Positions 47,637 through 58,809 of a stretch of DNA of 64,000 bases are shown piece after piece. The notes beneath the pieces were generated by a model. It made no database searches. It was not told the origin of the DNA and saw nothing but the letters and a program-made list of their open reading frames with translations. Position 1 is the first letter of the stretch; each line of letters opens with the position of its first letter. Made by a program: the position numbers and the translations under genes. This DNA comes from Eukaryota sp. TZLM1-RC (taxonomy: Eukaryota > Protista > Metamonada: BaSk clade), in the NCBI GenBank assembly GCA_040285825.1, contig JAUPSS010000014.1, positions 128,337 through 192,336 on the forward strand, written 5' to 3'.

Positions 47637-48629
47637 ATGGAACAGGACAGCCCAGTCCATTGTCTGTCCGCCCGACGCAAAGTCATCAAGAAAATTGAAA
47701 TCAGTGAACCAAGAACACACGTTAAACAGCCACCTGCATTTCCGATATATCAAAACACTGTGGTAAGATTTCAAGGGAAAATAATAATCAGTGACGTCGA
47801 CTCATCAAATGTAAAGATGGTTTGTACGGCCATCATCAGTCCGCCCGACGCAAAATCATCACACTAGCAACAGCGAATGAAACATACAATGATTGTCATG
47901 AGGAAGAACACCTTAAAAATACTTTTTTCCACATCACCAATGTTGAGGACAAAAAGACGTCCACGAACGACTACTCCTAGACGTAGATTCCGTCCTGTTG
48001 GACAGTCTGATGTTGAGAATTCTGACAACTCAGATCATGAACAACACCAAACACCATTTCGCCATCGAATAAAGTCAATATCCTCTTACGGACCCCTATC
48101 CCCTGATTCCACGGTCTCAAATCCCAACAATTCCACAAGCACACTTTCCTTTACTCGATTCTCCTCTGCTATAGAATCTCTCGACAGCCCTGCTTCCAAG
48201 CCTCCTTCACCACCACAAATACAAGAAGCTAAGCACGTGGAAGCAAGACAAAGTCTTAAACCTCCACTTCATCCCTCTCCATGTCCCAAATGTCAACAAC
48301 TACAGCAAACCCATGATGTGGTGACCAGTTTGGCAAAGAATGAAATTACCTCACTAAAATCACAGAATGTAGCACTCTCAAGCATTTCTAAGCAATGTTT
48401 ATCCTTGGTTAAAAAAGTAATGACCGACCGAGATGGCATTGAAGCACGGTTGCCAACTGACGAGGAATCAAGGAGTGAACTAGTTGAGTCTTTAGATTCA
48501 TTAAGAAAGTCAATTAAGGAAGAATCACTTTCCCAATCATTGTTGGAGGTTCAAAATATTCAAATCACTTCAATGGAAAGCGAAATTAAACGGTTGCGCA
48601 CAATTTTAGCCGAGTTGGTTGGTAGTTGA
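47637..48629 (+). CDS. Hypothetical Ser/Pro-rich plus coiled-coil protein; 5' structure uncertain
   Basis: ORF 47877-48629 is preceded in frame by 47637-47867 across one TAG; a 23-nt internal duplication and possible tiny introns are present. Confidence 0.5.
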
Positions 48630-48720
48630 ATCTTGACAATTAATTTATTTTTGTTATTTTGTATTATAGATCTTTTTTTGAAATTATCAAGTTTTAATTT
48701 TAAAAACTTTTCCAAATAAT

Positions 48721-49314
48721 TTAAATGTTTTTATTCTCAGCAGCCATTAAAAACCTTTTTACTTTTGGTATTTTATCATACTCAAAGGTTATTCCCTTCT
48801 CAGACAATATAGAAGTAAGTTCATTTTTCACTTCCTCTGATCTTTCCTCAGTACATTCGCATTCAATTCCATAGTGGCTGTAACCTGGAAAAGTTACATC
48901 ATCAACTTCAATCTTTTCCTTCAAAACATTCTCATATATTCTTCTAACATTAGTGAATGAACCAAGAGATAACATTGTATGAGCAGAAACATCAGGAATA
49001 TGGTTTTGTATGAAAGAATCTGCCTTCATAAGTGGAGGGTTTTCCAAGTAATTGGTTGCCTCACTTGATAGTATGACAGACTCAAACTCCTGGGATCTCA
49101 TTATACCCCCTTCGAAGGTTGTTCCCTTCTTTATGGTTAGGAAAGCTGTTGATTCTTTTGTTGAATCATCTACTTCGATGCGCAGTCGAATTAGCTGGTC
49201 TCCAGCCTTGAAAAAGTGGTTAGTCTGTGATACGGTTTTGTTTGGCTTAGGAAGAACTGCAAGAAGTTTTACAAAGTCATCTTTGTTGATAGAAAGCTTA
49301 AGTTCTATTTCCAT
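48721..49314 (-). CDS. CYTH/triphosphate tunnel metalloenzyme
   Basis: N-terminal EIELK (ExExK), Q.NHFF, IRLR, LTIK, GSF.N.R, IEVD and IECE. Confidence 0.88.
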   Translation of the reverse strand: MEIELKLSINKDDFVKLLAVLPKPNKTVSQTNHFFKAGDQLIRLRIEVDDSTKESTAFLTIKKGTTFEGGIMRSQEFESVILSSEATNYLENPPLMKADSFIQNHIPDVSAHTMLSLGSFTNVRRIYENVLKEKIEVDDVTFPGYSHYGIECECTEERSEEVKNELTSILSEKGITFEYDKIPKVKRFLMAAENKNI

Positions 49315-49326
49315 TGTTAAAGAGCT

Positions 49327-50100
49327 TGCCTATAACTATGGAATAAGTGTCCTCTTTACACCAATGTAGAAGGGTGAGTTTTTTTGGAATATTTTCTCAA
49401 ACCTGCACATGATTTTCACCTGATGAAGTACATGTGACGACTTTATTCTGCTTTAGTGTACTTTGAAAATTTATTATTAATAGAGTTGCGCTATTTTTCC
49501 AGTTTTACTTATCCAATTTGTTTAGAAAGGGTCAATGTCGCATGCTATGTTTGACAAACAAAAATACACCTCAACCCTGCTAGTAGATTTGCCATTTTTA
49601 GATACACTTATACCCCAAAAATTGCTCAGCTCCTCTTGTTTGCAATAGTTGTTTTTCTTTTTCTTTATTTTTACAGTGGTTTTGTCTGTATTGGTTCAAG
49701 CACATAGTGTCCATGCATTGCCGCCGAGTGCACTCATCAATTCAGGCCTTTTATCATTTTTTTGTCAAACCTTTTCCTTTAGTGGCTGCTTTGATTTTAG
49801 TTTGTATTTAATTCTATCATCTTAATTATCCAAGTACATTGAGTAATCAATGTCTTGGGGGATATTCATTTCTCGAGGTGCTTCACTTCTTGATGACCTA
49901 TCAGTGATTGTATTAATTAATTATTGTTTATATCCACCCATTGGTGTTGAGTTACATAAAATTCGTTATCCAAGACATCAATCACCTTGTTACTAGAGCT
50001 GCTTATTCTTATGAAAGCGACAATTGTACACTGTATTCTTTCAAATTTGTTACTTTTTGACTCAAATCTTTGGTTTTTTTAACTGTCTGACTTTTATATC
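49327..50100 (-). pseudogene. Internally deleted Fanzor relic, same family as 60203-63660
   Basis: QRFESKSNKFERI vs QRFESKSSKFKRI; RSEAPREMNIPQDIDYS vs RGEVPQEINIPHEIDYS; TKGKGL..IDE; shared ~55-nt terminal motif. Confidence 0.8.
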
Positions 50101-50289
50101 CATTTGTCCAGCAAAATAGAGTAAATCAAATGTCCACCAATAAATTAGTGAAAACAAAGTTAAATAAAATGTATTTGTTCAAAAAACCACACATAACAAC
50201 CCACCTGAAAAACACCGACCATTCAAAAAAATCTATACAAGAAAAACTAAATCCAGAACAATCAAATCAACATAATCAATCAAATAAAG

Positions 50290-50913
50290 CTAATCTTCTC
50301 CTCCTTGCTCCCACCAATCTTTCATCCCTAACCCAGTCTCTGCTATTGAAGCAGTGACCGAAATAGCAGATCTAGGCGCTTCCTCTTCTAATGGTTCAAT
50401 TACCATATTACCTGTTGGTTTTACTTTTGGTTTCGACATGGGGAAAGAAACATTGGTGATCCGAGTTGTGATTGGATGACCAACATCAATAGGGAGTTCA
50501 ATCTCATCTTCGGCGTTGAACGTCCAAACCCACAGATTGTCAATCTCATCAAAGAATGTATCTGGCATCATGTTTGATGGGGGTATTTGAATTTCATCAA
50601 AGAAACCGAGAGAGACAGTTAGGCCATCATCCTTGGAAGATGACAAAACTCTTCCAGTGACAATTTCTCCAACAACGGGCTGCCAAACCAGGATTTTGAA
50701 CTGAACCCAAGAAAAAGATTCACCTTTACCAGGAAAGATAAATGGATCACTCATTTCTAATAATTCCCAGAGGGAGATGCAGAGACCGTGATTAGACAGA
50801 ACCTTGCCAGAATAACGAGAATTTATAGAGTCTTCTATAGCATTATCAAGTTTTTGATTAAATTTATGAGGAGGTATAGCAACACAGTCTCTCACAGTTG
50901 TGAGGATAAACAT
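50290..50913 (-). CDS. RPC25: RNA polymerase III subunit Rpc25/RPC8
   Basis: MFIL....D.V.IPP..F, GLCISLW, P.VGEI.TG, SLGFFDEI.IP, WVW and GLG...WW. Confidence 0.92.
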   Translation of the reverse strand: MFILTTVRDCVAIPPHKFNQKLDNAIEDSINSRYSGKVLSNHGLCISLWELLEMSDPFIFPGKGESFSWVQFKILVWQPVVGEIVTGRVLSSSKDDGLTVSLGFFDEIQIPPSNMMPDTFFDEIDNLWVWTFNAEDEIELPIDVGHPITTRITNVSFPMSKPKVKPTGNMVIEPLEEEAPRSAISVTASIAETGLGMKDWWEQGGED

Positions 50914-51092
50914 GAAGAAAAAGGAAGTTGAGTGATGTGCTATTTGGGTGGGGGGTTAGGGTGGATTGTTCAGTAGTAAATTGCTTTCTTAAATTGAGGC
51001 AAGGATTACCATGCTTGTCTCTCCAGGATTTCTACTGCAAAGATACCTTTGGTTCTCTTCTTCTCGAAAGTAGTTCAGTTATTGTTTTCATC

Positions 51093-53741
51093 ATGGAATC
51101 CCTCCACATACAATCTCCATTCACTCCGTCTCATTATGATCTTGATCTCACGTTACACTACAATAATGCAAAGGACATGAGCTTCTCAGCATCTCTTTCC
51201 ATCCTCGGTTATCTCTCTGAACCCTCCACTCAACTCATATTCCACTCAGTTAACCACACAGTCGATATCACTTCATCATCAATCACACCCACTTCTGGTA
51301 AGTCGATCCCTCTCCTCAGTTGCATACCCAACTCCTCCACCGAGACGATCCTACTAGTGTTTGCTGAAGAAGTTCCTCCCTCTGAATGCAAGATTTCCCT
51401 GCACTACACTGGCCCAATCACTTCTGATATGAGAGGCATCTATGCTTCCACCCAAACTGACTCAAAGGGTCACAACCACCCTTTACCTGCCATTCTCACT
51501 CAATTCGAACCCTGTGATAGTAGAAGATTAGTCATTTCCCTAGATCAACCTAGTTCAAAGTCATCATTCAAGCTTTCCCTGCACAACATTCCTTTAGGAT
51601 TCACGGCCTTGTCCAACACTAACATTGAACGCAAAAGTAAGAATGATTATAGCCAATCAATTGTATTTGAGCCTACCCCTATCATGTCCACATATCTCTT
51701 TGCTTTCTTTGTAGGTTTGGTTGATAAGATTAGCACACACACTGATGATGGTACTTTGGTCTCTTTGTATGTCCCTTGTGGAAAAGAAAGTGAAGGTAGT
51801 TTTGGGTTGAAGGTGGCCAAGGATTGTTTAGGTTATTTCTCCAATCATTTTGATTACCCTTATTAGCTACCCAAACTTGACCATGTTTCCGTTCAACTCT
51901 TTTCAGCAGGAGCAATGGAAAACCTAGGAATGGCAACCTATAGAGACTCGAAGATTCTTCATGACGATACTCTTCCGTTTGATGATAAAGCTGCCGTAGC
52001 TAGAGTCGTGGTGCACGAGACGGCCCACCATTGGATGGGAAATCTTGTAACCCTAAGCGATTGGTCTTTGCTGTTTTTGAATGAAGGATTTGCGAGGTTT
52101 CTGGAATACATGACTGTCAGTGAGCTTTACCCTGAACTCAATCAATCACTCAATTATTTGATTGATTGTCGACATTCCGCTTTGTTTACTGATGGTCTTG
52201 ATAATACACATTCCTTGTCAGTCGAGGTTGAGAGCGTTGGTGAAGTAGAGCAGATCTTTAGTCCTTTGAGTTACTCAAAAGGGAGTAATCTTTTGTACAT
52301 GATTCAACAGTTTGTAGGAAAAGATTATTTTAAAAGAAATGTGCAAAATTATGTGAAATTATTTGAGTTTTCTAATGCAAATGATAAGGATCTTTTCAAT
52401 TGTTTGAAACAAGGAGCTCAAGGAGATTTTGGTGAAAATTTTGATGCGATTATCGAAAATTTCGTCAATGTTCCTGGTTTTCCTTATGTTTATGTCGACA
52501 TTCTTAATCAATCTAGCAATCAAATCAGCTTCCTTTGTCGACAATACCAGTTCAAAACCTTCAATCAAAGTCGTATTCACGACACTTTATGGACTTTTCC
52601 CCTTAAAGTTGATCTACTCTGTCCCAACCACGGCAACCACCAAGAAGATTTTTTAATTAAAGAATTTGAACAAGTCTTAACAATCTCAAAGCATTGCAAT
52701 TGCCCGAGCTTGACTGTATTAATAAATTCAAAAGGGGACACGTTCTGCAGGTCATTTCTCCATAATTCTGACCTAAGATCACGTCAGCGGTTTGTAGGCA
52801 ATCAAAATTTGATTGATGACGCAACAAAGATTGTTTTGTTATCTGATGTCCTTTCTTTTGCCACAAATTCTACTATTTCTTTAGGCGAATTGATACAATT
52901 TATCTGCAGTTTTTCCAATTCCAAGAGCTCAATGGTTTGGAAAATGCTAGCAATGTGTTTTGATTTATTATTAATTCCTTCTAGTGAGAAGTGTTTGGAA
53001 TTCTTGGAGATACACGTCATCAATCCACTCTTGATTAACCTGTTGCCAAATGATTTTGACTTTAAGAATTTTGGTAACTTGGATCCTCAATTTATCAAGT
53101 ATTTGTTGATTATTGCTAGAGATTTAAACTCAATCGTTTTGAAGCACTTTTTTGAGAAGTTTTCACAATCAAATTCATTGCTCAATCAATCTTTCAATCA
53201 AATGTTGTCGATGATTCACCCAGAACTTTTCCCAGTTTTTTTAAGTATTTTACCACAATATTTGGATAATTCTGATGTCTTTCATTTATTTATTGATTTC
53301 TTTAATGAAACTGAACACCCTACTCACAGGAAAAGTATCACTAAAGCAATAGGTAGATTAAAAGGTGATCACCTATCAAAAGCTCTTGATTGGGGGTTGT
53401 TAACTGTCAGAACCAACGATCTTGGTTTCCTTTTAAGTTCAGCTTCTGATACCAACCCTAACATCACATGGAATTTCTTCATCGGTCATTTTGAAGAATT
53501 AAGGTCTAAAAGTGGAGGTTTAATGTTATTTGGAAATTTAATAAAGGCTGCTGCTTCTGGATTCAAAAGCCAAGAAGGAGTTTCAAAACTTGTTGAGCTG
53601 TTGTCCACACACGATGACGTGTCAATAGTTAAACCTCTCAAGATAGCCTTAGAAAGGGTCCGAGGTAGGGTCTGTGTCTGTGGGAAACGATTTCAACTTG
53701 ATAGTTTCATTACAAGTTGGTTGGAAATAACCGACATTTAG
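51093..53741 (+). CDS. M1 (puromycin-sensitive-like) aminopeptidase with one in-frame TAG at 51864-51866
   Basis: TQFEP, TPIMSTYL, PY*LPKLD, GAMEN, HETAH-X18-E and YSKG; both ORF halves share one frame. Confidence 0.88.
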
Positions 53742-53807
53742 TGTTGATTTGGTAACTCAAAATATGCATGTTTCTATCCATTCTAAATAAATCTTAATTC
53801 CAACACT

Positions 53808-55109
53808 CTAAACTTTTTTTCCCACACTCGCTGATCGTTGCAGTACCATTGGTCTACAATTATCATGAATATGAGAGTACCTAATCCTGTACATCTTCAG
53901 AGCACTGGTCACATCCCTATCCCAATAGACGCCACATTCACTGTTTTGACAGTGTAGCAGTCCATGGCATGGGGCTAGTTTGACATTGCCTATTTGTTGA
54001 AGTTCTTGAATTTTGTTAACATTTTGAATAGAATCAACTTCATAATCCTGGTTTTCAGTCACTCGCAAGTCATTCTTTAACCTCTTCTTCTTACGTTTGA
54101 ATCTTTTATAGGCATTTGGATCTTTGACCTTTACGTCGAATTTTGGTATCTCCTTTGTGATGATCCTCAGCACAAGCAGCACATCTCTTACTGGTACGAT
54201 ACTCGTCTACCAAGTATACTTTTATACCAGCTTTTCTCAGAATTTTTCTTAGCCCCACACCTTTTATTGTGCTTGCTTTAGCTTTACGATTGGTCTTAGT
54301 GTCCCAATCACCAAAACCAATTACAATATTTTGGACATCATCCTTCAACTTAGCGTTGTTTGAATGAATGCTTGCCATAAATGATAGAGTGACTTTTCAA
54401 AGAGGGCAATTTTAAACTGTTTGATGTTATGTTTAGCCAAATAGTCTGGTTGATAAATTTTCAGGCAATTATCAAAATTATAGATCATTGAAAGTTCATG
54501 TGGAAATAAACGAACAAAAGTATCTGAAAAATCATCAGATGAAAGAAAGCAGATTATAATCAGTGGAAGCCACAAAAATGAGTTTCTGTTTGTTAATTAA
54601 TTTTGAAACCTTTGAGTGAAATTCCGCAATGACCACACAGATAAGTGTGATTGCATCTCTTCTAAATGAAACTTCATGTGGCTTTGAGAAAATCTTTGTC
54701 TTTTGATTCTCAATTTCCTTAATGTGGCCTACTGTTGTTAATTTTTGTTCTAAAAAATAAATCTTGGCATCAATTTCTGATCTTTTAGAATTAGTAATTG
54801 AATTGACAACAATTTGATTGTCTTTTTTAACTAATGTTGTTTTTGAGTTGTCTTTTTGATACTCAAAAGTGACCAAATATCTTCTAACATTTCTAATGAT
54901 TTAAGATCATTAATTTGCTCGGTAGTTTCATCCATATGTAGATCTTCATGTGGAAAAGACTCAATAATAGAATCTCGTGGGTCAGTCTCAAATGGCTCTG
55001 AAGTCATACGAGGTTTTCTAGTCTTTGGAGCAACATTAGAAGCTCTACCTCTAGAATTTGTTTTATGTTTGGTAGTATCAGAAGTAGTTGATTTACGTTT
55101 AGGTGACAT
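53808..55109 (-). mobile_element. Internally deleted Fanzor element: basic N-terminus, PolB-exonuclease-like region, Fanzor C-terminus
   Basis: IGFGDW, KG.GLRK.LRKAG..VYLVDEYRTSKRCAAC, HGLLHC...C...WDRDVTSA and RP.VL.R; upstream MSPKRKS and FPHELSMIYNF..CLKIYQPDYLAKHNIKQF. Confidence 0.85.
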
Positions 55110-55423
55110 AAACGTTTATCAATAGTGAAGGGATAAATGATATTGAACACTAACATTTAGTTTAGTATTAAATGCAAACGTTGCGAGGTTTTTACAAAGG
55201 TTATTACGAAGGTTGTTACGAAGCTATAAAGTATATAACGAACTTTAAATAAAGTTCTTTCAAAATTTAATAACAAAATATGAGTTAAAACATACATAAG
55301 ATCAATAAAAGATATCAGTTAATTTAATATTTTGGTATCAATAATAAGATAAATTAAATTTTGGTTTTATCAATATCTACGTTGATATATATATCACTTT
55401 AAAAAATTGAAAAGAAAATGAAT

Positions 55424-56134
55424 TTATTCTATTTTGCTTAATTTATCATTATTTACAATTTCACAATTAGATTTGGATTCAGTTTTCAAGGTTTGAACGT
55501 GATAAATACTCGCATTCAAATCTTCCGCATCCTTCTCTGTCATCTTCAACAATGGTGGTAATGATGGGATAGTCAATGAAGTTTGGTAGCAGAAATACAT
55601 GATCACAATGGAGAACACTGAACATATGAAAAGAAGCAGGGGCAATGGTTGTAGTAGTGACTTCCATAAAGGAGTACACCATGAACGGACACGCTGAAAC
55701 TCCGAGAACAGAAGGCTTGGACACAATTGACATGTCTTCTTTACACAATAAAGACCTCCACAGAACCTATCGTCAACACATGAGGCACCAATAAAAGGAT
55801 GTTGTTTGATAGGTAAACATTCTCCATGGTCACTACAGAATTCGTTTATGTTACAAGAATATGATAAGTACCGATCAGAAGGTCGATTCGGTTGACAAGT
55901 TGCTTCTTCACAATCAGAATTGACTAATGCTGTATCATCACCCGTCCTTAACATAGAGGAGATCCCTGTAGTGCCTGGGACACACTTACTACATAGATAA
56001 AAATCAGAGTGTTTATCTCGCCGGACACCAACGCGGTTTAAAGGACACATGTGATTTGTATCTGCCACAGGCTGATCTCGGTATGCAGCATTTGTTATAA
56101 CAAGAAGCAATAAAACGGGAAAGAGGATTGGCAT
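55424..56134 (-). CDS. Cys-rich single-pass membrane protein
   Basis: Signal peptide MPILFPVLLLLVITNA, a Cys-rich ectodomain and a hydrophobic TM segment. Confidence 0.7.
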   Translation of the reverse strand: MPILFPVLLLLVITNAAYRDQPVADTNHMCPLNRVGVRRDKHSDFYLCSKCVPGTTGISSMLRTGDDTALVNSDCEEATCQPNRPSDRYLSYSCNINEFCSDHGECLPIKQHPFIGASCVDDRFCGGLYCVKKTCQLCPSLLFSEFQRVRSWCTPLWKSLLQPLPLLLFICSVFSIVIMYFCYQTSLTIPSLPPLLKMTEKDAEDLNASIYHVQTLKTESKSNCEIVNNDKLSKIE

Positions 56135-56150
56135 TTTTTGAACCAACACG

Positions 56151-57452
56151 ATGCGGGAGATTGTCACCATTTCTCTTGGCAGTACAGCGAATAGAACCAC
56201 TGCGTTGTGTGCTCAACAACTAACATCATTGAGCTCTGATGAACTTGCCTTAGAAAGGTTCTACTCTAAAAGGGACTTAGACCATTGTCATTCTCTTTAC
56301 GTTGACCACTCCTCGTCTCTTGGTCCATTCTCTTTATCATCCACTTTTGACCTTGAATCTAGCACGGAATCATCCGAAACCATTTCATTCTCCCCTCCAC
56401 GCTCATCATGGCTTTCTCTCTTCCCCTCAAGACCAGCCCGTCTCTTTCCCTTCTCGGGATGGCTTCACCGGGGTGCCTTTGATCGTTATTCTTATGGTAC
56501 CGCTTCTATGGAAGACTCTTATTTCTCCAATGATCTCATTGATTCTATACGTACCCTCATTGAACGTTGTGACTGTCCTTCTTCTGCTGTCTTCAATTCC
56601 AGTACTGGTGGATGGGCAGGAGTTTGTGGATGCTTACTGCCCCTAGTCGAGGAAGATTTTGGTTTAAAGTCTTCAGTTTTCTTGATTGATGACGTGGGGT
56701 CTTGTGAAGTCAACGGATTGGTGACAACTGCTCTTGCCTATTCTGAACTCAGCAAAGAGGCTGACGTAATTCCTTTGATGGTTCAAAAACAAGCAGAAAA
56801 GGTCACAAATAGTATTGACCTTCAAGGACTTGCTGATTTGAATACATGTGAAGCGAATTCTTTTATATTTTCTAATTTCATCACAAATTTATTAAAACCT
56901 CTAGTGCAAAATTCCAAATTAAATCTTCCTTATTTTTTGAATCAACTTAATTTAAATTCCAGAAACATTTTTGGTAGTAAATGTATTCTTTCTAAAAAAG
57001 GATTAACACTAAAAGAACTGAAAGAGGAAACATTTGGACTTTCTAGTCTTTATTTTGATCTACTAGGTCAGAATTCTGATGACCAATCAAATGATGATGA
57101 TTTTCTTGGTAATTCTGAGCTTTTGGTAGCAAGTGGCGTGGTACCTAGCTATGAATTTTATGAAACTTTACAATCCAAATTAAAACCCAAATCAGTTTTG
57201 TACTTATCTAAATATTCAAATAGTTTACCTAATTCTTGTCTGTCACCTAAAATAGAAACAAATTCTGATGACGTGTGCACTGTTTCGGAATTGGCTAATT
57301 ATGGACCGATCCAATCACATTTGATTGATATTTTTGACCGTTTTTCATCCTTGAAACGTCATCATTTTGCTGGTGATGATCATATTCCAGCTAATTCAGA
57401 TTGGGACGACTTTAAAGAAAGAATCCAATTATTAAAAGAAAATTATCAATAA
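56151..57452 (+). CDS. Misato/Dml1 tubulin-like protein
   Basis: MREIVTISLG..AN start, D.IR..IERCD and GGWAG, without canonical tubulin conservation. Confidence 0.75.
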   Translation: MREIVTISLGSTANRTTALCAQQLTSLSSDELALERFYSKRDLDHCHSLYVDHSSSLGPFSLSSTFDLESSTESSETISFSPPRSSWLSLFPSRPARLFPFSGWLHRGAFDRYSYGTASMEDSYFSNDLIDSIRTLIERCDCPSSAVFNSSTGGWAGVCGCLLPLVEEDFGLKSSVFLIDDVGSCEVNGLVTTALAYSELSKEADVIPLMVQKQAEKVTNSIDLQGLADLNTCEANSFIFSNFITNLLKPLVQNSKLNLPYFLNQLNLNSRNIFGSKCILSKKGLTLKELKEETFGLSSLYFDLLGQNSDDQSNDDDFLGNSELLVASGVVPSYEFYETLQSKLKPKSVLYLSKYSNSLPNSCLSPKIETNSDDVCTVSELANYGPIQSHLIDIFDRFSSLKRHHFAGDDHIPANSDWDDFKERIQLLKENYQ

Positions 57453-57513
57453 ATTTTCTTTATTTTCTTCAATGAGCAAATAGTGATTCTAAATAAATGA
57501 GTTTTTATTCAAA

Positions 57514-58527
57514 TTATTCATTCATTTTATTAAAAATTAATTCCTTAATACAAGACTCTACAATTCCATTATTCAAATCCCTTTTGTACCTTTCTAAGCA
57601 ATGATTTCTACCTTCTGTTATCCACTCAATGTCATCCAACTCTGCATCCATAAAAACAAGTGGCAGAGCAGGAGCGGGAGAAAGCCAAGAAGGTTTATCA
57701 ACAGTTTTGGTGACGTTTAACAGGTCAACAATAAAGGAAACTGGTTTATAACCCTTTCCTATTTCGGAAAGTACAGTAATCATGTATCTAATCTGATTGT
57801 GTAGAAATGCATTTCCTTTGATAACAACCATGTGGAACTGTGGTGAAGTTGGAAAGCGTTTGTCCATCTTCTCAAATTGAATACTAATAATGGTTCTATT
57901 GTAATGATCCAATGATGAATCCCTCTTGCAAAAGTTTCTGAAATCATGAGTTCCAATCAAGAAACTGCTAGCTTCCTGCATAAGATCAACATTCATATCA
58001 GATGTATCCAGGAAATACGCATAGGTTCTCCCCTTGCAGTCGAATCGAGGGGAAAAGGTCTCTGGCACGTGAGAATAAGCCAACACTCTAATATCAGAAG
58101 GCAGGTGAGAATTGAGCATTGGTAGATAGGCCAACTCTACAACAGACCGTCTCTTTGCTGGTGGAGAGTGGTGTGTTGTGTTTAGTCGACTACGCACATT
58201 AACTGTGACTATTTGGCAAGTTGCTGAGACTCCAGCATCAGTCCTGCCACAACAAACCCAACCAACAGCGTCTCTGTCCATACTAGGGATGAGACCAGAT
58301 GTGTAGAGAGCTTTTGTAAATACTTGTTGTATGGTTTGGTCTACTTTGTTTTGAACTTGAAGTCCATGGTAACGCGTTCCTAAATAGGCAATTTTAAAAG
58401 CTACTTTGCGAAGAGGCAATGAGCTGAACTTAGATGGATCCAAAGGTTTGGGAAGCCTCTCTAGTGGGCCAAAGGTATCTTTGTATTGTTGGACAATTGA
58501 TGCTAACTCTTCATATGTAGGTTTCAT
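57514..58527 (-). CDS. PUS3: TruA-family tRNA pseudouridine(38/39) synthase (Pus3/Deg1-like)
   Basis: VAFKIAYLG..YHG, CGRTDAGVSA, LN..LP.DIR, F.PRFDC..R.Y.Y, GTHDFRNFCK and FLHNQIR. Confidence 0.9.
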   Translation of the reverse strand: MKPTYEELASIVQQYKDTFGPLERLPKPLDPSKFSSLPLRKVAFKIAYLGTRYHGLQVQNKVDQTIQQVFTKALYTSGLIPSMDRDAVGWVCCGRTDAGVSATCQIVTVNVRSRLNTTHHSPPAKRRSVVELAYLPMLNSHLPSDIRVLAYSHVPETFSPRFDCKGRTYAYFLDTSDMNVDLMQEASSFLIGTHDFRNFCKRDSSLDHYNRTIISIQFEKMDKRFPTSPQFHMVVIKGNAFLHNQIRYMITVLSEIGKGYKPVSFIVDLLNVTKTVDKPSWLSPAPALPLVFMDAELDDIEWITEGRNHCLERYKRDLNNGIVESCIKELIFNKMNE

Positions 58528-58809
58528 TGTTGCTGATGCTGTGATGTTTATACCCGCTATGATGTGGAGAGATTGAATCTATCTGTAAAAGATTAACTAG
58601 AACTTGGTAAGTAAATTGCTTCTAAAATTATTTTATATGCCATTATCTTGGCAGAGTATTGGGGGGGGGGGAGTTAAGTGTATATTACAAAGAAAATAGC
58701 AAACCAGCTGTCAAATAAACAATCAAAAAAACAACCAATGCCGAAATTGACAAAATTAAAAAATCTACCTAAATTAAAAATAAAATAAAAAAATACGACA
58801 ATCGACAAC

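Noticed and set aside
51864-51866. Genome-wide UAG-to-Gln reassignment
   Set aside because: Rpn3, Rpc25, the CUB protein and the aminopeptidase itself end in TAG at plausible C-termini, and other long genes have no internal TAG.
53740-53807. AGTGTTG...CAACACT inverted repeat after the 53.8-kb Fanzor stop as an omegaRNA stem
   Set aside because: Only 7 bp in AT-rich DNA, overlaps the aminopeptidase stop, and has no second copy to support it.
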